IMG/VR virus record: IMGVR_UViG_3300042900_000549
Span: 1 to 64,000 of that record
Reading direction: 5' to 3' (one strand)
Source of the DNA: a virus
Length of the DNA: 64,000 nucleotides
Shown here piece after piece: positions 57,454 to 64,000 of this stretch. The stretch's first letter is position 1. Every line of letters begins with the position of its first letter. A program made the position numbers and the translations under genes. The notes beneath the pieces are model-generated. The model was given only the letters and a program-made list of their open reading frames with translations, searched no databases and was not told where the DNA came from.

Positions 57454-57786
57454 GTAAGGTCCCGCAATTCCATCATTCAACATTCTTTCATTGATCGTAA
57501 CAGGATCTCCAACACAATAAAGAGTTCCCAAAAATCTTCCATACTTATCTTCTTTGGAAGTTTCAATAATCCACTCTCCTTCACGGGAGAGTTCTTTTTT
57601 TAGCCATTCTTTTGCTGCCAGACCTTTTACCTTCTCCACTGTATCGGTGGTTCTGGTTTCAGCAGCATCAATACCATTAAGTCTAACTCTATGAGATATT
57701 GTAATACCAAAACCTAAATCGATATCAACATCAATAGTATCACCATCAACTATTTTTTTGATGGCCTTGATCTTATAACTATACAT
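57445..57786 (-). CDS. Staphylococcal-nuclease-like (SNase) protein
   Basis: IVDGDTID, RVRLNGIDAAE, DKYGRFLG. Confidence 0.88.
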   Translation of the reverse strand: MYSYKIKAIKKIVDGDTIDVDIDLGFGITISHRVRLNGIDAAETRTTDTVEKVKGLAAKEWLKKELSREGEWIIETSKEDKYGRFLGTLYCVGDPVTINERMLNDGIAGPYLG

Positions 57787-57934
57787 TTTTACCTCCTTTT
57801 TTCCAAATTCTACGAATTGCTGAACGAACTTCTGGTGCTTGCTGTTTTATTTTGATGTTTCGGTTCTCATTGAAGAAACCATCATTAGTCAGTAATCTAA
57901 TGAGTATGAGTATCGGAAGAATTATTTTCGTCAT
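57779..57934 (-). CDS. Small hypothetical protein
   Basis: MTKIILPILILIRLLTNDGFF...; part of a minus-strand mini-operon. Confidence 0.5.
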   Translation of the reverse strand: MTKIILPILILIRLLTNDGFFNENRNIKIKQQAPEVRSAIRRIWKKGGKNV

Positions 57935-58025
57935 TATCCCAGTTAAGAATTTTGTAAATGCACCATAGGGATCCAATCAGTCCAATACCTAATAGTATAT
58001 TTACACTCCATACTGGGTCAGTCAT
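57897..58025 (-). CDS. Small membrane protein
   Basis: Manually read MTDPVWSVNILLGIGLIGSLWCIYKILNWD... Confidence 0.45.
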   Translation of the reverse strand: MTDPVWSVNILLGIGLIGSLWCIYKILNWDNDENNSSDTHTH

Positions 58026-58216
58026 AATCTTCCTTCTGTTTTATGTATCCATTCCTTCAACTCAGCAACATATTTTCTAAGTTCCTGTGCCTTATTTAGA
58101 TGCCATTCATCACCACTCTTGAAGTACTCCTGAGTATGATTATCTATTGCCTTCAGAATATTGTGTATGGGAGTATTCCAATGCTCTCTATGGGGAGTAT
58201 TCCATTCCCGTGGCAT
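58022..58216 (-). CDS. Conserved cyanophage hypothetical protein
   Basis: MPREWNTPHREHWNTPIHNILKAIDNH...WHLNKAQELRKYV. Confidence 0.65.
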   Translation of the reverse strand: MPREWNTPHREHWNTPIHNILKAIDNHTQEYFKSGDEWHLNKAQELRKYVAELKEWIHKTEGRL

Positions 58217-58305
58217 TTTTTGGGAAGCAGTTTGAAGTATTTAGATTAGTGAAATCCACAATTGGTCCAGAAAAAAATAAACGACGAGATATTTGAGAAA
58301 AGGGG

Positions 58306-58334
58306 TTGACAGCAGGTTCTGATGGTGCTATGAT
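58306..58334 (+). promoter_or_regulatory. psbA sigma70 promoter
   Basis: TTGACA-17-TATGAT, overlapped by GATAAATA late-like motif. Confidence 0.75.
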
Positions 58335-58372
58335 AAATACATAAGCAAGTCAGGGAATCCTCACATTGCTCC

Positions 58373-58470
58373 CGTGCTTACCGAGACTTTGCACGATAAA
58401 TACGTCTCTCATATCTTCTCTAGGGGTGAGAAGAAATACTGATCCTATTCGTCTCCCTACGAATTATTAC
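58373..58470 (+). ncRNA. PhotoRC-II-like RNA in psbA leader
   Basis: Tandem pseudoknots CGTGC/GCACG with GAGAC/GTCTC and TCTTCTC/GAGAAGA with TAGGG/CCCTA. Confidence 0.7.
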
Positions 58471-58487
58471 TTAACCCTTTTTTACAA

Positions 58488-59807
58488 ATGACTGCTACAA
58501 TTGCTACACGCTCTAATACTAATCTATGGAATGATTTCTGTTCCTGGATTACTTCAACGAATAACAGGTTATATGTTGGGTGGTTCGGAGTCCTTATGAT
58601 TCCCTGCCTTCTCGCAGCGACTACTTGCTTCATTATTGCTTTTATTGGTGCTCCCCCTGTTGATATTGATGGGATCAGAGAACCAGTTGCTGGGTCTCTT
58701 ATGTACGGAAACAACATCATCTCTGGTGCCGTTGTTCCTTCTTCTAATGCTATCGGACTTCACTTTTATCCTATCTGGGAAGCAGCAAGTCTTGATGAAT
58801 GGCTCTATAATGGTGGTCCTTTTCAACTTGTTGTATTTCACTTCCTCATCGGCATTTATGCTTATATGGGTCGTGAATGGGAACTCTCCTATCGTCTAGG
58901 AATGCGTCCCTGGATTATGGTTGCTTACAGTGCTCCTGTTGCTGCTGCTACTGCCGTATTCCTAGTCTATCCCTTTGGTCAAGGTTCTTTCTCTGATGCT
59001 ATGCCTCTTGGAATTTCTGGAACCTTTAATTATATGCTTGTCTTCCAGGCAGAACATAACATCCTTATGCACCCCTTTCACATGTTAGGCGTCGCAGGTG
59101 TCTTCGGCGGATCACTTTTTAGCGCCATGCACGGTTCACTGGTGACTTCTTCACTGGTTCGTGAGACTACTGAAACTGAATCCCAAAACTACGGATATAA
59201 GTTCGGTCAAGAAGAAGAGACTTACAACATTGTTGCTGCACACGGTTACTTCGGTCGTCTTATTTTCCAATATGCGTCTTTCAATAACTCACGCAGTCTC
59301 CACTTCTTTCTGGCTGCCTGGCCAGTAGTTGGTATTTGGTTTACTGCTCTTGGCGTAAGCACAATGGCATTTAATCTGAACGGTTTTAATTTTAACCAGT
59401 CCATCGTTGATAGTCAAAACCGAGTAGTTCCTACTTGGGCGGACATTTTAACACGAGCAGGATTGGGTATGGAAGTGATGCACGAAAGGAACGCACATTA
59501 GTAAAATAGTGTCCTTACTGAGAAATTGGTAAGTGTAAATCGGATGAATTGCTGGAAACCCTCCAAATATAAGGGCAATCAGCATCCAAGTCTCAGATAC
59601 ATCTGAGAAAGGTTCAACGACTACCTGAGGGATATAGTTCCCTTAATAACAGGCAAGAGCGTCCGACACCTAAGTTCTAATAGAATACGGTGATGATATA
59701 GTCTTCTCCATAAGAATGGTAAACTTATGGGTCCAGAGAACTTTCCTTTAGATCTTGCATTTTTAGAATCAACCCCAGTTGCTCTAACGGCACCTACAGT
59801 AGGTTGA
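58488..59807 (+). CDS. psbA: Photosystem II D1 protein; exons 58488-59498 and 59739-59807 (359 aa spliced)
   Basis: Full D1 sequence; joining gives ...EVMHERNAH|[22 protein letters not shown]. Confidence 0.96.
59499..59738 (+). mobile_element. Group I self-splicing intron (240 nt, no ORF)
   Basis: Exon ends in U, intron ends in G; P1 ACAU|UA pairs with UAGUGU (U.G at splice site); P AATTGCTGGAAA, Q AATCAGCA, R TTCAACGACTA, S GATATAGTC; P3 TCGGATG/CGTCCGA. Confidence 0.93.
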
Positions 59808-59836
59808 TATAACTTCCAACTAATGGTATAATATTG

Positions 59837-59861
59837 AGGAACTCTTCGGGGTTCCTTTTTT
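59837..59861 (+). terminator. psbA terminator
   Basis: AGGAACTC-TTCG-GGGTTCCT plus T run, followed by TATAAATA. Confidence 0.85.
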
Positions 59862-59899
59862 GTATAAATAACTATAGCACTAACTTTGGATTAGAAGTA

Positions 59900-60634
59900 A
59901 TGAAAAATGTATTTTACACTTATGCTTATTTGAGGGAGGATGGAACTCCTTATTATATTGGTAAGGGTAAAGGTAAAAGAGCATATGATAGAAAAAGGCA
60001 TAGTGCTTATGTCCCATCAAGAAATAGGATTTTAATATTAAAGAAAAATCTTACTGAAGATGAAGCATTTATTCACGAAATTTATATGATTTCAATCTTT
60101 GGTAGAAAAGATTTGGAAACTGGTATTCTTTATAATCTAACAGATGGTGGAGATGGACCTTCTGGATATGTTTATACAGAAGAACAAAGGAAAAAAATGG
60201 GAGATATGCGTAGAGGAAAGAAGAGACCAAGACAAAGTAAGATTATGAAGGAAAAAAATCATTTACAAATAGTGAATGAAAATAAAATAAACGAATTGAG
60301 AAAAAATTGTCCACCAGAAAAAATTGCTGAACTTTATATTGAGGGTAAAACTCTTAGAGAAATAAAATCAATTTTGGGATGTGGGATGGTTTGGATTAGA
60401 AAATCATTGGATGAAATGGAAGTTAAAATAAGACATAGAAACGACTATGGAAATCCTATGAACGACAAAGAAGTTAGAGATAAAATTTCTCAAAAAGCAA
60501 TAGAAAGAGGTGCTTGGTCTGGGGATAAAAATCCAAATTCAGGGGAAGGTATTTGTAGGGATAAAATAATACAAAGAACAAAAGAAGTAAATACTGGAAA
60601 ACAAAATTGGAAGTATAGGAAACCTAAAAACTAA
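59900..60634 (+). CDS. Free-standing GIY-YIG homing endonuclease with NUMOD3-like and HTH-like C-terminal regions
   Basis: [47 protein letters not shown]; late promoter 59863. Confidence 0.85.
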   Translation: MKNVFYTYAYLREDGTPYYIGKGKGKRAYDRKRHSAYVPSRNRILILKKNLTEDEAFIHEIYMISIFGRKDLETGILYNLTDGGDGPSGYVYTEEQRKKMGDMRRGKKRPRQSKIMKEKNHLQIVNENKINELRKNCPPEKIAELYIEGKTLREIKSILGCGMVWIRKSLDEMEVKIRHRNDYGNPMNDKEVRDKISQKAIERGAWSGDKNPNSGEGICRDKIIQRTKEVNTGKQNWKYRKPKN

Positions 60635-60699
60635 AATGCTAATAATCCTCACAGTCTTCCAAGTATTCGGATTCTTCCTCTTCATAATGTCTCTGCTCT

Positions 60700-60756
60700 C
60701 TTGACGCCATTCAATAAGACTGCTATAATACGCACAAAGACACAAAACAATTATGA
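60700..60756 (+). repeat. Early-promoter cassette, copy 1
   Basis: CTTGACGCCATTCAATAAGAC-TGC-TATAATA...ACAAAG...CAAAACA..TTATGA; TTGACG-17-TATAAT. Confidence 0.85.
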
Positions 60757-61520
60757 CTGAATTCACACAAGAACAAGTAGAAGAATTTAATAAATGCAAA
60801 AATGACCCAGTATATTTCATTAACAATTATGTGAAATTTGTAACTATTGATAAGGGACTCACAGACTTCAAACTCTATCCCTATCAAGAAGACCTGATTA
60901 ATAAGTATCATAACAACCGCTTCAATATATGTAAAAGTTCAAGACAAGTAGGTAAAACTTCAACTGGTCTCTTCTATGTTTTACATCACATAATTTTTAA
61001 TGATAATGTGACTGATGGGATATTCTCCTTTAATACATTAAATGCTCGTAATAGTTTACAAAGATTAATGACTGCTTATGAAAATCTTCCAGAATGGATG
61101 CAACATAAGGTTATCATTAAGAATAAGTCCACATTAGAATTGGAGAATGGTTCTAGAGTTATTGTAGGTAATACAACATATAATAGTTTCAAGGGTCGGA
61201 TGTTTAATCTTACCTTCCTAGATGAGTTTGCATTTGTTCCAGATAAAGATGCACAGAGCGTAGTAGATATAATGCTCCCTATGTTTACTGCAAATAAATC
61301 TAGTAAAGTCGTCATTGCATCTTCATTTAAACCTAAAGATAACTGCTTCAATAAAATCTGGAAAGACTCTGAAGATGGTAAGAATTCTTTTGTAAGAACT
61401 ACAATCAAATGGTATGAGATTCCAGGGAGGGATGAAGAATGGAAAGAACAGATGATTGCTAATATAGGTATTGATGCCTGGAATCAGGAATTTGAATGTG
61501 AGTCTGCAGAGAACCCTTGA
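60753..61520 (+). CDS. Stand-alone large-terminase (gp17)-like ATPase domain
   Basis: KCKNDPVYFINNYVK, LYPYQ, SRQVGKTS, FLDEFAFVP, W.EIPGRDEEWK, ends at QEFECE; no nuclease domain. Confidence 0.85.
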   Translation: MTEFTQEQVEEFNKCKNDPVYFINNYVKFVTIDKGLTDFKLYPYQEDLINKYHNNRFNICKSSRQVGKTSTGLFYVLHHIIFNDNVTDGIFSFNTLNARNSLQRLMTAYENLPEWMQHKVIIKNKSTLELENGSRVIVGNTTYNSFKGRMFNLTFLDEFAFVPDKDAQSVVDIMLPMFTANKSSKVVIASSFKPKDNCFNKIWKDSEDGKNSFVRTTIKWYEIPGRDEEWKEQMIANIGIDAWNQEFECESAENP

Positions 61521-61571
61521 CGCCATTCAATAAGACGCCTATAATACTCACAAAGTCGCAAAACATTATGA
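61516..61571 (+). repeat. Early-promoter cassette, copy 2
   Basis: CTTGACGCCATTCAATAAGAC-GCC-TATAATA...ACAAAG...CAAAACA.TTATGA. Confidence 0.85.
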
Positions 61572-61786
61572 AAGCAACAGAATTTTGCTATTGGTTACAG
61601 GGTTATTTTGAACTGGACCAGGCATCCTCAAAACCTGGGAACTCCCTCTCAGACGAGCAAGTAGAGGTCATTCGGAGGCATCTTGCACTAGTCTTTAAGC
61701 ACGACATTGACCCACAAGCAGGACCATCAAAATATCAGGCAGCGTTGAATGATATTCATGGTGGTAATGGAATGTATAGGTGTTGA
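61568..61786 (+). CDS. Hypothetical protein
   Basis: MKATEFCYWLQGYFEL...IRRHLALVF; starts after promoter copy 2. Confidence 0.7.
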   Translation: MKATEFCYWLQGYFELDQASSKPGNSLSDEQVEVIRRHLALVFKHDIDPQAGPSKYQAALNDIHGGNGMYRC

Positions 61787-61798
61787 TAAAAATTAATT

Positions 61799-62158
61799 AT
61801 GGATTGGTTAGAACCCCTTAGACAAGATACTGAAAGAATCCGCCAGGAAAACATAAAAATCAGAGAAGAGACTGAAAAACTTAGAGAGAGTAACCGAAAA
61901 CTTAAAGAATTAAATCAAAACCCAGAAAGACTATCAAAAATCGTTGAAAAGACAACTATGACTGAAAAAACATTTGACCCAAACCCAACAACTGAATGTG
62001 TAGCAAAAGAACCTACAGAAAGTCAGATTAGAAAGCGTATGGAATTAACTCAAGAAAGTTATTATACTGCTAGAGAAAATCTCCGAGAAGAAGCATACAA
62101 AACAACACATAGCAAACCACCAGGACAATCTTGGGGGGATTACTGGAAAAGTTATTGA
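61799..62158 (+). CDS. Hypothetical coiled-coil protein
   Basis: 119-aa ORF. Confidence 0.55.
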   Translation: MDWLEPLRQDTERIRQENIKIREETEKLRESNRKLKELNQNPERLSKIVEKTTMTEKTFDPNPTTECVAKEPTESQIRKRMELTQESYYTARENLREEAYKTTHSKPPGQSWGDYWKSY

Positions 62159-62174
62159 AATTAGGAGAAACTAA

Positions 62175-62315
62175 ATGAAAGAAGAACAGAATGAAAAAAC
62201 ACCAGAACAACTTTTTGAAGAAGTTCTAATGGATAGGAATGGACTATCTCTTATGGATTTATTGGTACATCCAGATTTAAAAACCTTTGTTGATAATTTT
62301 GAGGATAACAAATGA
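62175..62315 (+). CDS. Small hypothetical protein
   Basis: AGGAG SD; MKEEQNEKTPEQLFEEVLMDR...; stop overlaps next start. Confidence 0.5.
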   Translation: MKEEQNEKTPEQLFEEVLMDRNGLSLMDLLVHPDLKTFVDNFEDNK

Positions 62316-62671
62316 CTTTCTCAAGAGCAATTCTAGGAACCGATAAGACCAAAATGAACTGGTGGCAGTATTGGGTCGGTCACTGTTTTATGACTGGATG
62401 GACTTCAATGTATTACAATTTTCATACCTGGATGGATCTTGTATGGTTTGAGGACAATCAAAAGAACTATACACTCCTAAAAGACGATGAACCCTTTGAG
62501 CAGTGCTATCTGACTTTCTGGTGTGATTTGAATGATGACGACACTTATCCGCAAGAATTCTTGGAATCTCTAATGGGACTTGTAGATAGAATAAAGCGAG
62601 GTGAAGAAGAGATAATTCCAATTGATGAAAATTACTTGGATAATATAAAAAGAGAGTTATATGGCGAATAA
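62312..62671 (+). CDS. Hypothetical protein
   Basis: Trp-rich N-terminus; DDTYPQEFLESL. Confidence 0.6.
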   Translation: MTFSRAILGTDKTKMNWWQYWVGHCFMTGWTSMYYNFHTWMDLVWFEDNQKNYTLLKDDEPFEQCYLTFWCDLNDDDTYPQEFLESLMGLVDRIKRGEEEIIPIDENYLDNIKRELYGE

Positions 62672-62819
62672 ATATGCCGTCATTCTTCATAGTCTTGTAG
62701 ATAATGCAACAGTCTCTATTCAAGTTTTGGTGAATAGTGAAATGACTGCAAGACAACTGAAGACTTATTATCAATCTTTAAGTATTACTATTTCTAATGT
62801 GGAGGTGATTTCAGTATGA
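62661..62819 (+). CDS. Small hypothetical protein
   Basis: Manually read MANKYAVILHSLVDNATVSIQV... Confidence 0.4.
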   Translation: MANKYAVILHSLVDNATVSIQVLVNSEMTARQLKTYYQSLSITISNVEVISV

Positions 62820-62877
62820 TGGGACCAGAACTCATAAGACCCATAACAATATAAATATATAAGAAATATAATTTTTG

Positions 62878-63654
62878 ATGGAAGAACTTTCAGAATTATT
62901 TAAAATAGTTGCAGAAGAAAAGAAAAAGAAAAAACTAGAGATGGAATCTTTAGTTGGTGATTCTTTTGAAAAACTTTTTATTGAGCAACTGAAACCTAAA
63001 AAGAAAAAAAATATTCTAAAGAAAATACAAGAACCCCAAATTGTTGAAGTAATAGAAGTAAAAAAAGATACTTTAATAGAAAAATCATTAGGTCTTCTTT
63101 CAGAACCCTCGGAAGTTAAACAGCAAACTGATCCCTTAACACCACTAGATCAAAACTTTGCAACACTTGATGATTTACAAAAGCATTATAGCACTTTCCT
63201 GTCTCGTATTCAGCAACAACTCTCTACAGTAGGTGGAGGTGGTGAAACTCGTCTTGAGTTCTTGGATGATATTGATAGGAACTCTGCAAAGACTGATAAT
63301 TACTTTCTCAAATATGATGCAACGCTCAATAAGTGGATAGGAGATCCTGCTGATGGCGTAGGTATTACAAGTATTGTATCCATTGCAGGAGTTACTACAT
63401 ACTATCAAGCAAATGCTGCTGATGATTATATTGGTGTAAGTGCTAATGTTCCTGTGACGATTGTATTACCACAAATACCTTCTTATGGTAAAAAACTGAT
63501 TGTAAAAGATGAGGGAAATCGAATAAATACATATAATATTACAGTTCAAGCAGGTATTGGTAAGAGTGTCGAGAATGATATTTCAGTCATTATGAGTAGC
63601 AATCACCAATCCTTTAGTTTTTTCTATAATGGTTCCAACTGGTATATCGTATAA
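62878..63654 (+). CDS. Virion structural protein
   Basis: Late promoter 62850; QQLSTVGGGGETRLEFLDD; C-terminal TIVLP..IVKDE..YNGSNW beta domain. Confidence 0.7.
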   Translation: MEELSELFKIVAEEKKKKKLEMESLVGDSFEKLFIEQLKPKKKKNILKKIQEPQIVEVIEVKKDTLIEKSLGLLSEPSEVKQQTDPLTPLDQNFATLDDLQKHYSTFLSRIQQQLSTVGGGGETRLEFLDDIDRNSAKTDNYFLKYDATLNKWIGDPADGVGITSIVSIAGVTTYYQANAADDYIGVSANVPVTIVLPQIPSYGKKLIVKDEGNRINTYNITVQAGIGKSVENDISVIMSSNHQSFSFFYNGSNWYIV

Positions 63655-64000
63655 TGTCTTATAATCCTCTTCCACAACCAGCAGATGTAGTAGTTAATAC
63701 AGGGGTATCTACAAGTCCTGTAAGTTTTTCCAATCCATTTCCAGTATCTCTTGGTTCTTCCAATATTACAATTACTGGTGATGTAAATGTAGGTACAACA
63801 GTATCAGTCACAAGTACTCCACAAGACCCAGTTCATACGCACATCACAGAAGTTGGTTCAAGTGGTATTTTAGAGGATGAAAATATTCCTTATCTTCCAG
63901 TTGGCATTTCCTCATTACTGAATACTGTATCAATCTCAAATACAAGTTTTTATATTCTAAATCCAGTTACTTCGGTAACCGTAGGAGGAACTGTATCAAT
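63654..64000 (+). CDS. Ser/Thr/Val-rich structural protein (3' end outside window)
   Basis: Open frame MSYNPLPQPADVVVNTGVSTSPVSFSNPFPV... to window end. Confidence 0.6.
   Translation, partial: MSYNPLPQPADVVVNTGVSTSPVSFSNPFPVSLGSSNITITGDVNVGTTVSVTSTPQDPVHTHITEVGSSGILEDENIPYLPVGISSLLNTVSISNTSFYILNPVTSVTVGGTVS

Noticed and set aside
58488-59501. psbA as a truncated pseudogene or TAG-recoded gene
   Set aside because: The TAG is the first triplet of a group I intron; the missing NFPLDLA exon resumes at 59739. Other genes end normally at TAG, so no recoding.
59808-59899. Antisense-leader module like 53617-53724 upstream of the second endonuclease
   Set aside because: Only one TATAAATA and only weak, bulged complementarity (ACTT..CTAAT vs ATTAGAAGT).
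1-64000. Reverse transcriptase, DGR, retron, integrase or transposase
   Set aside because: No RT (YxDD context), recombinase or transposase motifs recognised and no template/variable repeat pair noticed by eye.

Overview
A 64-kb segment of an AT-rich T4-like cyanomyophage (Kyanoviridae-type, probably infecting freshwater Synechococcus/Cyanobium), almost all on the + strand. In order: head module (g20 3' part, g21, g22, g23, g3); recombination/transcription (uvsY, uvsW, g55, g47, g46); vWA/MoxR pair; replisome (g45, g44, g62, regA, hsp20, g43, uvsX, g41, mazG, g61, nrdA/B); probable internal-head proteins; a cluster of 7 tRNAs (including Ile-UAU) interleaved with several non-tRNA structured RNAs; an 11-gene sugar-modification island; porin, endonuclease, pstS and hli genes; lysis enzymes; psbA split by a 240-nt group I intron and followed by a free-standing GIY-YIG endonuclease; and an early-promoter cassette region. 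The most unusual observations are: (i) a stand-alone ATPase-only large-terminase paralogue between duplicated sigma70 promoters; (ii) a late-promoter/short-RNA/terminator/late-promoter module whose RNA loop is antisense to an endonuclease leader; (iii) orphan cloverleaf and multi-stem RNAs in the tRNA cluster; (iv) an ORF-less antisense consensus promoter firing into GAA mini-hairpins (origin-like); (v) a DruA/DUF4338-like gene between the clamp-loader subunits; (vi) a recurrent palindromic operator at fixed distance from -10 boxes; (vii) a ROSE-like hsp20 thermometer. All calls are by eye; no database searches were run.
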